Shown: piece after piece, positions 9,931 through 20,117 of the stretch
How the letters are laid out: each line of letters starts with the position of its first letter
Numbering within the stretch: position 1 is the stretch's first letter
Assembly (NCBI GenBank): GCA_902470815.1
Contig: CABRHS010000007.1
Coordinates: 29,527 to 93,526 of the forward strand
Source of the DNA: an uncultured Collinsella sp.
GTDB taxonomy: Bacteria > Actinomycetota > Coriobacteriia > Coriobacteriales > Coriobacteriaceae
DNA: 64,000 nt
Reading direction: 5' to 3'
Notes under the pieces: generated by a model
The model's database searches: none
Told to the model about the DNA's origin: nothing
What the model saw: only the letters and a program-made list of their open reading frames with translations
Program-made: the position numbers and the translations under genes

Positions 9931-10653
9931 TTGTCTGAGTATCAGTACAAACGCGTTCTGCTCAAGATCTCCGGCGAGGCCCTGATGGGCAATGCGGAGT
10001 ACGGGATCGACCCGGATGTCGTCGAGCGCATGGCCACTCAGGTCAAGCAGCTGCATGACGAGGGCATCGAGGTCGGCGTCGTTGTCGGCGGCGGCAACAT
10101 CTTCCGCGGTGTGGCCGGCTCCGCAAAGGGAATGGAGCGCGCCCAGGCCGATTACATGGGCATGCTCGCCACGGTCATGAACGCCCTCGCCCTCCAGGAT
10201 GCCATCGAGCGCATCGATTGCCCCTGCCGTGTCATGAGCGGCATCCAGATGAACGAGGTCTGCGAGCCCTACATCCGCCGTCGCGCCATGCGCAGCCTGG
10301 AGAAGGGCGACGTCGTCATCTTCGCCGCCGGCTCCGGCAACCCGTACTTCACTACCGATACCGCCGCCGCTCTGCGCGCCTGCGAGATCGGTGCCGATTG
10401 CCTGCTCAAGGCCACCAAGGTCGACGGCGTGTACGACATGGACCCCGTCAAGAACGAGGATGCCGTTCGCTTTGACAGCATCAGCTATCACGAGGTCCTC
10501 GTTCGCGGCCTCCAGGTCATGGACTCCACCGCCACCGCCCTGTGCCAGGACAACCACATGCCGATCATCGTCCTCAACATCGATGGGGACGACAACATCA
10601 AGCGCGCCCTTGCTGGCGAGCCCGTGGGCACCGTCGTTATGGAAGAGGAGTAA
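9931..10653 (+). CDS. pyrH: UMP kinase
   Basis: [38 protein letters not shown] start after GGAGG. Confidence 0.97.
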   Translation: MSEYQYKRVLLKISGEALMGNAEYGIDPDVVERMATQVKQLHDEGIEVGVVVGGGNIFRGVAGSAKGMERAQADYMGMLATVMNALALQDAIERIDCPCRVMSGIQMNEVCEPYIRRRAMRSLEKGDVVIFAAGSGNPYFTTDTAAALRACEIGADCLLKATKVDGVYDMDPVKNEDAVRFDSISYHEVLVRGLQVMDSTATALCQDNHMPIIVLNIDGDDNIKRALAGEPVGTVVMEEE

Positions 10654-10656
10654 GAC

Positions 10657-11190
10657 ATGTCCGACATTCGCGAGAACATGGACAAGGCCCTTGAGAGCTT
10701 GAAGCACAACTTCTCCAAGGTTCGCACCGGCCGCGCCAACGCCAACATCCTGTCCGACATCACCGTCGACTATTACGGCGTTCCCACGCCCATCACGCAG
10801 GTTGCCGCCGTCAAGGTCCCTGAGGCCCATCTGCTTGTCATCGAGCCGTGGGATAAGGCGCTGGTCAACGCCATTGTAAAGGCCGTGACCGCCTCCGATC
10901 TGGGCATCACTCCCAACTCTGACGGCATCGTCGTGCGCCTGCCCTTCCCCGCACCCACCGAGGAGCGTCGCCGCGAGCTCGTCAAGGAGTGCCGCGAGCT
11001 GGCCGAGCATGCCAAGATCGCCATCCGCAACTCCCGTCGCGACGCGAACAACAAGCTCGAGCGCGATGAGGAGCTCACCGAGGACGAGGTCCGCCGCGAG
11101 CAGGCCAAGGTCCAGAAGGCAACCGACGAGTACGTCGCCAAGGTCGACGAGATGCTCAAGTCTAAAGAAGCAGAGGTCATGGAGATTTAA
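10657..11190 (+). CDS. frr: Ribosome recycling factor
   Basis: VRTGRAN, VDYYG, TEERRRELVK. Confidence 0.97.
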   Translation: MSDIRENMDKALESLKHNFSKVRTGRANANILSDITVDYYGVPTPITQVAAVKVPEAHLLVIEPWDKALVNAIVKAVTASDLGITPNSDGIVVRLPFPAPTEERRRELVKECRELAEHAKIAIRNSRRDANNKLERDEELTEDEVRREQAKVQKATDEYVAKVDEMLKSKEAEVMEI

Positions 11191-11193
11191 CTG

Positions 11194-11979
11194 ATGCAGT
11201 ATGACATCGACAAGTTCAACGAGTATTTCGCTGATCACCCCGATGACATCTCTATAGACGACATCGATATGGTGCGCATTCCGCGCCATATCTCCTGCAT
11301 CATGGACGGAAACGGACGTTGGGCGACCGCTCGCGGCTTGGGCAGGGGAGAGGGGCATAAGGCCGGTATCGTCTCCCTCCAGGAGGTCATCACCGCTTGC
11401 GTGCGCATGGGCGTTGATGTCTTGTCCGCCTACGCGTTCTCCACCGAGAACTGGAATCGACCGCAGGCCGAGGTCAATCTTCTCATGCACCTGTTCGCAA
11501 AAACGTTCGTGGATGAGCTTCCCCTGCTCAAGCGGGAGAACGTGCGCGTCGAGTTTCTGGGAGACATATACGCCCTTCCCAAGAAGACGCGCGATGTCTT
11601 CGAGTACGGCCTCGCTGAGACGCGCGATCACACCGGCATGACGCTCGCCCTCGCGGTCAACTACGGCGGCCGGGCCGAGATCACCCGTGCCGTCCGGCGA
11701 ATCGCCGGCGACGTCGCCTCCGGTGAGATCTCCGCCGATCAGATCGATGACGCCATGGTCGCTCGCAACCTGTACACGGCGGACCTTCCCGACCCTGAGC
11801 TCGTCATCAGGACGTCTGGCGAGATGCGCGTCTCAAATTACCTGCTGTGGCAGATTGCATATTCAGAGTTCTACATCACCGACACCTATTGGCCAGATTT
11901 CGACCGCTGGGGGCTCGTGCGAGCAATCGCCGCCTATCAAGGTCGCGATCGTCGCTTTGGGGGTCTGACGAGCGCTTAG
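11194..11979 (+). CDS. uppS: Undecaprenyl/polyprenyl diphosphate synthase
   Basis: IMDGNGRWA, YAFSTENWNRP, IRTSGEMRVSNYLLWQ. Confidence 0.95.
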   Translation: MQYDIDKFNEYFADHPDDISIDDIDMVRIPRHISCIMDGNGRWATARGLGRGEGHKAGIVSLQEVITACVRMGVDVLSAYAFSTENWNRPQAEVNLLMHLFAKTFVDELPLLKRENVRVEFLGDIYALPKKTRDVFEYGLAETRDHTGMTLALAVNYGGRAEITRAVRRIAGDVASGEISADQIDDAMVARNLYTADLPDPELVIRTSGEMRVSNYLLWQIAYSEFYITDTYWPDFDRWGLVRAIAAYQGRDRRFGGLTSA

Positions 11980-11998
11980 GCGTTCGTCTGCGCGAGGA

Positions 11999-12868
11999 GT
12001 GTTCACGTTGGATTCCCGGAAAACCACCACTACGGACAAGGCGACCGCTTCAGCCGACGGTCGCCTGCATTCGTTTGTCGTCCGCGCCGGCGCGGGCATC
12101 GTCTACGCCGTCGTCTTCATCGGCTCGCTCGTCTTGGGTGTCATCCCCACGGCGGTGTTCACGTCCGTCATGTCGTGGCTCTGCTGCTATGAGTTCTATC
12201 GGATGGCGCGTATCGACGGCAAGGTTCCCAACGAGTTCATCGGCCTCACCGCGGCGGTCCTTTTCCCGCTCTCTGTGCTGGTCGATCCCGTCTGGTTGAC
12301 TGTGATCAATTTCCTGCTCGTGCTCTCGCTGGGGCTTTGGTACGTCCAGAACCCGCGTGCACGCATGGCGGATGTGGCGATCACGCTTTTCGGCCCCATC
12401 TACACGGGCTACATGCTTTCCGCCATCGTCTTGCTCCGCGAGGCTGTTCCCGGCTGGGAGGGCGCGTTGCTCGCCATCGGCGTCTGCGCATCGCTGTGGC
12501 TCTCCGATTCCTTCGCGTACATGGTGGGCAGCAGGTTCGGCAAGCATAAGATGGTGCCTAAGATCTCGCCCAAGAAAAGCTGGGAGGGCTTCTTTGGCGG
12601 GCTGCTCGGCTCCGTGGCCATTTGGCTGATCATGTGGGCCACCGGCCTGTACGACCTCAACTTCTGGTTCGCCATTCTGTGCGGCACCGTCGTTTCCGTC
12701 ATGGGTGTCTTCGGTGATTTGATTGAGAGCCGCATCAAGCGCGGCGTGGGCGTCAAGGACTCCGGTGACCTGATTCCCGGTCACGGGGGCATGCTTGATC
12801 GCTCGGACTCGCTCATCATCGGCGTCATCACCGCGTACCTCATGTTGCATCTGGGAGGAGTCCTTTAG
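11999..12868 (+). CDS. cdsA: Phosphatidate cytidylyltransferase
   Basis: ISPKKSWEG, GDLIESRIKR..GVKDSG.LIPGHGGMLDRSDS. Confidence 0.95.
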   Translation: MFTLDSRKTTTTDKATASADGRLHSFVVRAGAGIVYAVVFIGSLVLGVIPTAVFTSVMSWLCCYEFYRMARIDGKVPNEFIGLTAAVLFPLSVLVDPVWLTVINFLLVLSLGLWYVQNPRARMADVAITLFGPIYTGYMLSAIVLLREAVPGWEGALLAIGVCASLWLSDSFAYMVGSRFGKHKMVPKISPKKSWEGFFGGLLGSVAIWLIMWATGLYDLNFWFAILCGTVVSVMGVFGDLIESRIKRGVGVKDSGDLIPGHGGMLDRSDSLIIGVITAYLMLHLGGVL

Positions 12869-14052
12869 TGTCTGCAGGCGGAACTTCCCATCGCATTCGC
12901 GTCGCCATCCTTGGCTGCACCGGATCGATCGGCACCCAGGCCCTCGATGTGTGCCGTCAACATCCCGATAAGCTCCAGGTCGTCGCCATCTCCGCGCATA
13001 GCCGCACGCGCGATCTCGTGGCGTTTGCACGTGAATTCGACGTGCGCGCCGTAGGCGTGACCGATTCGCTCCATGCCGCGGATCCAATCCTTGGGGAGCT
13101 TCCCCAGGGCTGCGACCTGCTGACAGGCCCCTCGGCGGCGGTCGATCTCGCCCTGCGCGATGATTGCGACGTCGTGCTCGTTTCCATCGTGGGTGCCGCG
13201 GGTCTCGAGGCGAGCCATGCCGTGCTCACGAGCGGCAAGCGCCTCGCCCTCGCGAACAAGGAGTCTCTCGTCGTGGGCGGCGACCTGCTCATGCCCCTCG
13301 CATCCCCTGGGCAGCTGCTGCCAGTCGATTCCGAGCATGGCGCCATTTTCCAATGCCTGATGGGGGAGAACCCCCGTGAGGTCCACTGCATCTGGCTCAC
13401 GTGCTCGGGCGGTCCGTTCTTCGGCCGCACCCTCGATGAGCTCGCGCACGTCACGCGCCATGACGCCCTTGCCCATCCCACGTGGAACATGGGGGCCAAG
13501 ATCACCATCGATTCCGCCACGCTCATGAACAAGGGGCTCGAGCGCATCGAGGCCATGCACCTGTTCGGCATGGACCTTGATCGCATCAACGTCCTGATCC
13601 AGCGTGAGTCCAAGATCCACTCGATGGTCGAGTTCGTCGATGGGTCGGTCATCGCGCACCTGGGCGCTTCGGATATGCGCATACCCATCCAATACGCCTT
13701 CTCGTATCCCGAGCGCTGGGGTACCCCCGCCCCTCGCATCGATTTTCGCGAGCTCGGCGGGCTCTCGTTCGCGGCCCCCGATATGGACTCCTTCCGGTGC
13801 CTGAAGCTCGCTGAAATCGCCGGGCGCATCGGGGGTACGATGCCCTGTGTCCTGAACGCCGCCAACGAGGTCGCCGTCGACGCCTTCCTGCACGACCGCC
13901 TGGGCTTCAACGGAATCGCGGACGTCGTCGAATCGTGCATGGATGCCCATGATCGCACGGACGTGGCGTCGCTCGAGCAGCTCAAGGACATCGACTCGTG
14001 GGCCCGCGCTCAGGCGGCCCGGATTATCGAGACGCGTCTCGACGCGTCGTAG
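12868..14052 (+). CDS. dxr: 1-deoxy-D-xylulose-5-phosphate reductoisomerase
   Basis: LGCTGSIG, LANKESL, PVDSEH, HPTWNMGAKITIDSATLMNKG. Confidence 0.97.
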   Translation: MSAGGTSHRIRVAILGCTGSIGTQALDVCRQHPDKLQVVAISAHSRTRDLVAFAREFDVRAVGVTDSLHAADPILGELPQGCDLLTGPSAAVDLALRDDCDVVLVSIVGAAGLEASHAVLTSGKRLALANKESLVVGGDLLMPLASPGQLLPVDSEHGAIFQCLMGENPREVHCIWLTCSGGPFFGRTLDELAHVTRHDALAHPTWNMGAKITIDSATLMNKGLERIEAMHLFGMDLDRINVLIQRESKIHSMVEFVDGSVIAHLGASDMRIPIQYAFSYPERWGTPAPRIDFRELGGLSFAAPDMDSFRCLKLAEIAGRIGGTMPCVLNAANEVAVDAFLHDRLGFNGIADVVESCMDAHDRTDVASLEQLKDIDSWARAQAARIIETRLDAS

Positions 14053-14063
14053 GATTGGAGCTT

Positions 14064-15509
14064 ATGGACGCGATCATCGGTTTCATCGGTCCCGTGTTTT
14101 GGGGCTTGATTCTTCTTTCCGCCCTGGTGTTCGTTCACGAGGGCGGTCATTTTCTTGCGGCGCGGGCGTGCGGCGTCCGCGTTCTCGAGTTCTTCTTGGG
14201 CATGCCCTGCCGCTTCAACATCCATCACACCTCAAGGCGCATCGGCACCAAGTTCGGCGTGACCCCAATTCTCATCGGCGGTTATGCGGAAATCTGCGGT
14301 ATGGACCCCACCGAGGTCGCATGTGCCCCGCAGGTTCTTGCCTGCATTCACCGCCATGGCACCGTGGAACTCGGCGAGGTCGCCCAAGAGCTTTGCCTGT
14401 CCCTTGATGAGGTCCAGGACGCCTGCTCGCTTTTGTATGGATGGGGTTCCATCGTTCCTCTGGAGGAGGACGGTGCCGAACAGGAGGAGGACTCCAAGCC
14501 ATCTGATTTCCCCCGCGTCTTCGCCGCCGTCTCACGTGACGCGGCGGGCAACACGGTCTACGATGGCAAGGCGTTCGATCGCGCGCATGCGACCGGCGAG
14601 GGCGAACCATGGGCACCCCCCATGTCCGACGAAGAGTTCTTCGAGCTCGAGCGCTCCCATACCTATATTGGCAAGGGGTTTTGGAAGCGCGCCCTCATGC
14701 TCGTCGCCGGCATCGGCGTGAACATCCTCACGGGATTTCTCCTCGTGATCGCCGTGTATTCCGTTCTCGGCGTCTCCGCCCCGATGAACTACAGCGTTCT
14801 CGGCGACATCATCGCCGACTCTCCTGCGCAAGAAGCCGGTCTCCAAGAGGGCGATCGCGTGCTTACCGTTAACGGCGAGCAGGTCACCTCTTGGGTCGAA
14901 ATGACGGACGCCCTTGACTCCACCGGCAGGAAAGAGCCGGTCGAGCTTGAGTTGTGGCGTCCCAACGATCAGCATGACGCCTTCGAATACCTGCCCTTCC
15001 AGGATTATGGCGGTTCTGATGCCTGGGCTCGCGAGCATGGCGAGTATATGAACGTCACGATTGAATTCGGCGAAGACGGCTTGTTGGGCATCAACGCGCC
15101 CATGGAGGTCATTCGCCTCGACCCGATCCAATCCTGCCAAATCGCCATCGACAACATCGTGACGACGGCGCAATCCGTCGCGAGTCTGCTCAACCCGCGT
15201 CACACGATGGAGGTCCTCGATAACTCCACCTCCGTCGTGGGCATCTCGGTGATGTCCGCGCAGGCGGCTGCTGAGGGTCCCGCGACGTTCCTCAACTTGG
15301 CCGCGCTCATCTCGTTCTCGCTCGGCTTTATGAACCTGCTTCCCATACCACCGCTCGATGGCGGTAAGCTCGTCATCGAGATCATCCAGGCGGTGACGCG
15401 ACGCAAGGTGCCCATCAAGGTGCAGACCGTAATCTCGATGGTCGGCATCGGCTTGTTCGGCTTGCTGTTCGTCTACATGCTCGGATCGGACGTCATCCGC
15501 TTCTTCTAG
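14064..15509 (+). CDS. rseP: RseP/RasP-type M50 intramembrane zinc protease with PDZ domain
   Basis: HEGGH, NLLPIPPLDGG, PDZ segment SPAQEAGLQEGD; dxr-rseP-ispG synteny. Confidence 0.9.
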   Translation: MDAIIGFIGPVFWGLILLSALVFVHEGGHFLAARACGVRVLEFFLGMPCRFNIHHTSRRIGTKFGVTPILIGGYAEICGMDPTEVACAPQVLACIHRHGTVELGEVAQELCLSLDEVQDACSLLYGWGSIVPLEEDGAEQEEDSKPSDFPRVFAAVSRDAAGNTVYDGKAFDRAHATGEGEPWAPPMSDEEFFELERSHTYIGKGFWKRALMLVAGIGVNILTGFLLVIAVYSVLGVSAPMNYSVLGDIIADSPAQEAGLQEGDRVLTVNGEQVTSWVEMTDALDSTGRKEPVELELWRPNDQHDAFEYLPFQDYGGSDAWAREHGEYMNVTIEFGEDGLLGINAPMEVIRLDPIQSCQIAIDNIVTTAQSVASLLNPRHTMEVLDNSTSVVGISVMSAQAAAEGPATFLNLAALISFSLGFMNLLPIPPLDGGKLVIEIIQAVTRRKVPIKVQTVISMVGIGLFGLLFVYMLGSDVIRFF

Positions 15510-15532
15510 CCATTATCGCGAAAGGGGAGACC

Positions 15533-16594
15533 ATGCAAGTAATCGCTCGTGAGCTCACGCGCCGGGTCATGGTCGGCGACGTGCCCATCGGCGGCGGGGC
15601 CCCCGTGGTGGTGCAGTCCATGACATGCACGCCCACGACGGACGCGGACGCCACGCTCGCCCAGGTACGCGCGTTGGCGGAGGCCGGTTGCGACCTGGTT
15701 CGCGTCACGGTGCCGTCCAAAGAGGCGCTTGAGCCCTTCGCGCGCGTCTGCGACGAGTCGCCCGTGCCCATTGTCGCCGACATTCACTTCGATTACCGCC
15801 TGGCCATCGGGGCCGTGCGCGCCGGTGCGGCCAAATTGCGCATCAATCCCGGCAACATCGGAGATTGGGATCGCGTTGACGCCGTGATCGACGCAGCGGC
15901 GGAAGCCGGGGCCGCGATCCGCATCGGCGTCAACGCGGGTTCGCTCGACAAGGCGATCGCCGAGCGCGACGACCTATCGCAGCCGGAGAAGCTCGTCGTC
16001 TCCTCGCTTCAGTTCGTCGAGCACTTCGAGAAACGAGGCTTCACGGATATCGTGCTCTCCGCCAAGGCGCACAGCGTGCCCACCACGCTCGACACCTATC
16101 GTGCGCTCTCTCGCGAGATTCCTCATGTCCCGCTACATCTTGGCGTCACTGAGGCCGGCACCGTCCAGCAGGGCACCATCAAGAGCGCCGTGGGCCTGGG
16201 CATCTTGCTTTCCGAGGGCATCGGCGACACCATGCGCGTCTCGCTCACGGCGGACCCGGTGGAGGAGCCGCCGGTGTGCTGGGGCATCCTGCAGGCGCTG
16301 GGGCTTCGCCGTCGCGGCCCGGAGCTGGTGAGCTGTCCCACGTGCGGCCGCACGCAGGTTGACCTCATCGGTCTGGCCGAAGAGGTGGGGGAGAGGCTCA
16401 AGGGGTGTTCCAAGCCCATCTCCGTCGCCGTGATGGGTTGCGTGGTGAACGGGCCCGGCGAGGCGAGCGACGCCGACGTGGGCGTTGCCTGCGGTCGTGG
16501 GGTGGGCATGGTCTTCCGCCATGGCGAGGTCATCCGCAAGGTGCCCGAGGACCAGATCGTGGATGCGCTCATGGAGGAAATCGACATGCTCTGA
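15533..16594 (+). CDS. ispG: HMBPP synthase IspG
   Basis: VQSMT, ADIHFDY, RINPGNIG, SCPTCGR, VMGCVVNGPGE. Confidence 0.97.
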   Translation: MQVIARELTRRVMVGDVPIGGGAPVVVQSMTCTPTTDADATLAQVRALAEAGCDLVRVTVPSKEALEPFARVCDESPVPIVADIHFDYRLAIGAVRAGAAKLRINPGNIGDWDRVDAVIDAAAEAGAAIRIGVNAGSLDKAIAERDDLSQPEKLVVSSLQFVEHFEKRGFTDIVLSAKAHSVPTTLDTYRALSREIPHVPLHLGVTEAGTVQQGTIKSAVGLGILLSEGIGDTMRVSLTADPVEEPPVCWGILQALGLRRRGPELVSCPTCGRTQVDLIGLAEEVGERLKGCSKPISVAVMGCVVNGPGEASDADVGVACGRGVGMVFRHGEVIRKVPEDQIVDALMEEIDML

Positions 16595-16605
16595 TCGTTT
16601 CCATC

Positions 16606-16688
16606 GTTCGGACCCGGGCATATTCCCTTCGGGCGTGGTTGCGCTTCGCTCCACAAAACGCCCTGCGGGAAAATGCCCGGGTCCGAAC
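16606..16688. repeat. Palindromic intergenic repeat, copy 1
   Basis: Perfect 16-bp arms GTTCGGACCCGGGCAT / ATGCCCGGGTCCGAAC; core similar to the reverse complement of 42061-42123. Confidence 0.8.
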
Positions 16689-16775
16689 TTCGTTAACTCA
16701 ATAGCTCGACGTGATTCCCCCGCGTTAGCTGGTATTATCGAAATGTTTGACTGAACTGGAATTTAGGAGGTCGCC

Positions 16776-18503
16776 GTGTCCAAGACCCGCGCCATGAAGA
16801 TGTCCAATCTGTACGCCCCCACGCTTAAGGAGGACCCCGCGGAGGCCGAGCTCGCGAGCCATCGTCTCATGTTGCGTGCGGGCATGATCCGCAAGCAGGC
16901 GGCGGGTCTTTACAGCTATCTGCCGCTCGCTTGGCGCTCGCTGCGCAAGATCGAGGATATCGTCCGCGACGAGATGGACGCCGCCGGCGCCCAGGAGCTC
17001 CTCATGCCCATCATGGTCGATGCGCAGGTGTGGCGCGAGTCCGGTCGCTACAACGTGTACGGCCCCGAGCTCATGCGCATCTCCGACCGTCATGAGCGCG
17101 AGTTCGTTCTCGGCCCCACGCACGAGGAGACCGTCACCGACCTCATCAAGAACGAGCTCAAGAGCTATAAGCAGCTTCCTGTTAACCTGTATCAGATTCA
17201 GGACAAGTTCCGCGACGAGATGCGCCCGCGCTTCGGCCTCATGCGCGGTCGCGAGTTCATTATGAAGGACGGCTATTCCTTCAATGCCACGCAGGAGTCC
17301 CTGCAGGAGACCTACGACGACATGAAGCAGGCGTACGCGAACATCTGCGAGCGCTGCGGCCTCAAGGCCCTGCCGGTTGTGGCGGATTCCGGCCAGATCG
17401 GCGGCGACACCTCCGTCGAGTTCATGGCACTCGCCGATGCCGGCGAGGCGGCGCTCGTGTACTGCGACGCTTGCGGCTACGCTGCGGACGACGAGGCCGC
17501 TTCCACTCAGGTCGCCGTTACCGAGGGTCCCGGCGATGGTACCCTGCAGAAAGTCCATACCCCCGGCATGGGTACCATCGCCGCCGTGGCGAAGTTCTTC
17601 GGCTTCCCCGAGAACGGCACGCGCAAGTCGCTGGCCATCATCGACGCTGCGGGCAATCCCGTCGTCGCGATCGTCCCTGGCGACCACGAGCTCAACGACT
17701 GCAAGGCCGAGCATGCGTTTGGCGAGGGCTATCGCATGATGACCGACGAGGAGCTCGAGCGCTACGGCCTCTTCAAGGGCTTTATCGGGCCGGTGAACCT
17801 GCCCGAGGGCATCCGACTCGTCTGCGACGTCACGCTGAAGGATTCCAAGCAGTGGGCCTGCGGCGCCAACGAGGTCGACTACCACTTCACCGGCGCGTGC
17901 CCCGGGCGTGATTTTGAGGTCGATGCCTGGGAGGATCTCATCACGGTCGTTGCCGGAGACCCCTGCCCGCATTGCGGCGCTCCGCTCGCCGGTGCGCGTG
18001 GCATCGAGGTGTCCCAGGTCTTCCAGCTCGGCACCAAGTACTCCGAGGCCATGGGCGCCACCTTCGCCGATGAGAACGGCGAGGAGAAGCCCTTCCTCAT
18101 GGGCTGCTACGGTGTCGGCGTGTCCCGCACGCTCGCCGCTTCCGTGGAGCAGCATCACGATGAGCACGGCATCATCTGGCCCGTCTCGATCGCGCCGTAC
18201 GAGGTTTCCATCATGCCTCTGGATCCGACCATTCCCGAGTGCGCCGAGGTCTGCGATCGTCTGACCGACGAGCTCTGCGCCGCGGGCGTCGAGGTCATCG
18301 TCGACGACCGCGACATCCGTCCCGGTGTCAAGTTCGCCGACAACGACCTCATGGGTTTCCCGTTCCAGATCGTTCTCGGCAAGCGCGGCCTCAAGAACGG
18401 CACGGTCGAGCTCAAGGATCGCGCTACGGGCGAGCGTGAGGACGTCGCGATCGATGAGGTTGTCTCCAAGGTCGTCGATCTTGTGATCTCTCAGCGCCGT
18501 TAG
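16776..18503 (+). CDS. proS: Proline--tRNA ligase (with INS editing domain)
   Basis: LGPTHEE, KFRDEMRPRFGLMRGREF, MGCYGVGVSR. Confidence 0.97.
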   Translation: MSKTRAMKMSNLYAPTLKEDPAEAELASHRLMLRAGMIRKQAAGLYSYLPLAWRSLRKIEDIVRDEMDAAGAQELLMPIMVDAQVWRESGRYNVYGPELMRISDRHEREFVLGPTHEETVTDLIKNELKSYKQLPVNLYQIQDKFRDEMRPRFGLMRGREFIMKDGYSFNATQESLQETYDDMKQAYANICERCGLKALPVVADSGQIGGDTSVEFMALADAGEAALVYCDACGYAADDEAASTQVAVTEGPGDGTLQKVHTPGMGTIAAVAKFFGFPENGTRKSLAIIDAAGNPVVAIVPGDHELNDCKAEHAFGEGYRMMTDEELERYGLFKGFIGPVNLPEGIRLVCDVTLKDSKQWACGANEVDYHFTGACPGRDFEVDAWEDLITVVAGDPCPHCGAPLAGARGIEVSQVFQLGTKYSEAMGATFADENGEEKPFLMGCYGVGVSRTLAASVEQHHDEHGIIWPVSIAPYEVSIMPLDPTIPECAEVCDRLTDELCAAGVEVIVDDRDIRPGVKFADNDLMGFPFQIVLGKRGLKNGTVELKDRATGEREDVAIDEVVSKVVDLVISQRR

Positions 18504-18514
18504 AACCTGTCTTT

Positions 18515-18555
18515 CGTGGGCGCACGTGCTCAAAGCATCGTGCGCCCACGTTTTT
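18515..18555 (+). terminator. Intrinsic terminator after proS
   Basis: CGTGGGCGCACG...CGTGCGCCCACG-TTTTT. Confidence 0.8.
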
Positions 18556-18620
18556 GTGCAGCGTCCACCTGGGGAAACCTTCAATCTCAGACTTCTTTTC
18601 AAAAAAGTCTGAAAAAGTGC

Positions 18621-18649
18621 TTGCACAGCCTTCGAGGTTCCCGTATAGT
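18621..18649 (+). promoter_or_regulatory. Sigma-A-type promoter of the tRNA-Ala pair
   Basis: TTGCAC-17 bp-TATAGT with A tracts upstream. Confidence 0.7.
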
Positions 18650-18664
18650 ACTTCTTCGTTGCAA

Positions 18665-18740
18665 GGGGGCGTAGCTCAGCTGGGAGAGCGCTTGACTGGC
18701 AGTCAAGAGGTCAGGGGTTCGATCCCCCTCGTCTCCACCA
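18665..18740 (+). tRNA. tRNA-Ala(GGC), copy 1
   Basis: Cloverleaf, G3:U70 pair, anticodon GGC, encoded CCA. Confidence 0.97.
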
Positions 18741-18763
18741 CTTGCTTCTTTCTTTCTCTTCAT

Positions 18764-18839
18764 GGGGGCGTAGCTCAGCTGGGAGAGCGCTTGACTGGCA
18801 GTCAAGAGGTCAGGGGTTCGATCCCCCTCGTCTCCACCA
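18764..18839 (+). tRNA. tRNA-Ala(GGC), identical copy 2
   Basis: Identical 76-mer 23 nt downstream of copy 1. Confidence 0.97.
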
Positions 18840-18847
18840 TGAGATTT

Positions 18848-18878
18848 AAGGCCAGGGATTTATGCCCTGGCCTTTTTA
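18848..18878 (+). terminator. Terminator after the tRNA-Ala pair
   Basis: AAGGCCAGGG...CCCTGGCCTTTTT. Confidence 0.8.
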
Positions 18879-19064
18879 TTTTCGTATTTATTAGATTCTG
18901 TATATATCTTTCCGACTGGTATTCCGAATTTGATCATCAGCTGTAGTTGAATGACCACCGATCAATCAGCGCAGAAGCATGGCCGTCTACATTCGAATAC
19001 GCTCGATGCATTCGAGCGGCCCAATCGGCTGAATTGTGCTGATAACGCAAATGCGCTAAAGAGG

Positions 19065-19859
19065 CTAAACCGATTGCCTACCGGCACCTCGAACCCACAC
19101 GCGGTCGTAGTCGCGCATCATGAGGATCGCGAAGGTCACGCCGAGGACGAGCGGCGCCGTCTCCTGGTTTATCACCTCGATGCCGTACGCCACCCTGTTC
19201 AGCGCAGGGCGGACTCGGATGCGGGCGATCTCGCCTCCGCCCCTGGCGATTGAGAACTCGTCCCCCATGAGGTCGCCGTCGACGGCGACGCCCCCTCCCT
19301 CGAACCGGATGACGTCCCAGTAGCCGTTGTCGATGACGGTCTCGCGTCGGATCTGAACCCGCTCGAAACCGTCCATGCGGACCTGCAGGACTGGGTGCTG
19401 GAGGGCGTGCCTACGCGTGATGGAGCCGACCTTGTGGCCCCTCTCGTCCAGGACGTGGTAGAGGCCTTGGCTGAAGAGGCTTGAGATCCGGACCATCCGG
19501 TAGGCGAGCCCTTCCGCCCCGGTGACGTCCGCGTCGCCGAATACGGCGCGCGCCGGGGCGCCCGTGGATCGGAGCCCGAAGAGGCTCAGGGTCTGCCCGT
19601 CCGCCCCTCCCGCTATGAGGAGGTGGCTCCTGTCGCGCTCGAGAGCCTGCGCCATGACGTTCTCGTCGCCCTTGACCATCTCGTCGAGAGTTGCGCCGAA
19701 CAGGGCGCTCATCAGCACGAGGCTTTGGACGTCCGGGGTCGTGTCGCCCCGCTCCCAGTTGCTCACGGTGTTCCTCGACACCCATATCGCGTCGGCGAGG
19801 TCCGACTGTGACATGCCGAGTCGCCTTCGTCCGGTCTTTATCTGCTCAGAGAGGATCAT
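19065..19859 (-). CDS. XRE-family HTH regulator fused to a beta-rich (LURP-one/scramblase-like) C-terminal domain
   Basis: MSQSDLADAIWVSRNTVSNWERGDTTPD HTH; the C-terminal fold call is inference. Confidence 0.75.
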   Translation of the reverse strand: MILSEQIKTGRRRLGMSQSDLADAIWVSRNTVSNWERGDTTPDVQSLVLMSALFGATLDEMVKGDENVMAQALERDRSHLLIAGGADGQTLSLFGLRSTGAPARAVFGDADVTGAEGLAYRMVRISSLFSQGLYHVLDERGHKVGSITRRHALQHPVLQVRMDGFERVQIRRETVIDNGYWDVIRFEGGGVAVDGDLMGDEFSIARGGGEIARIRVRPALNRVAYGIEVINQETAPLVLGVTFAILMMRDYDRVWVRGAGRQSV

Positions 19860-20117
19860 CTCCGCCCCTTTCGTCCGAACCGTTGCGTAATTCGCCTTTC
19901 TTGATTTCACATTAGTCTTTCTCTTCCTGACACGCTGCCAAAATCCTTGTGCAGGCACGCTTTGCATTGGTGCGACCGTGGTGTTCTGGGCATCGCGCCC
20001 CAGCCGTCGGCTCTTTGCTTAGCCTAGGGGCTGCCGCTCAGTTGAGAACATACTATGTAGAAACCGTGTGCGGGCGCTCATCGGGGGCGTCCGCTCCGTT
20101 ATCTATGGCGAGAGGGG

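Noticed and set aside
9895..11631. Long antisense ORFs (also 16725-18626, 32877-35162, 40384-42000 and others)
   Set aside because: Shadow ORFs caused by high-GC codon bias of real genes on the opposite strand
18554..18946. ORF with an internal repeat; possible CRISPR-like repeat
   Set aside because: It is simply the two tandem tRNA-Ala genes; no CRISPR array or cas genes were seen anywhere in the window
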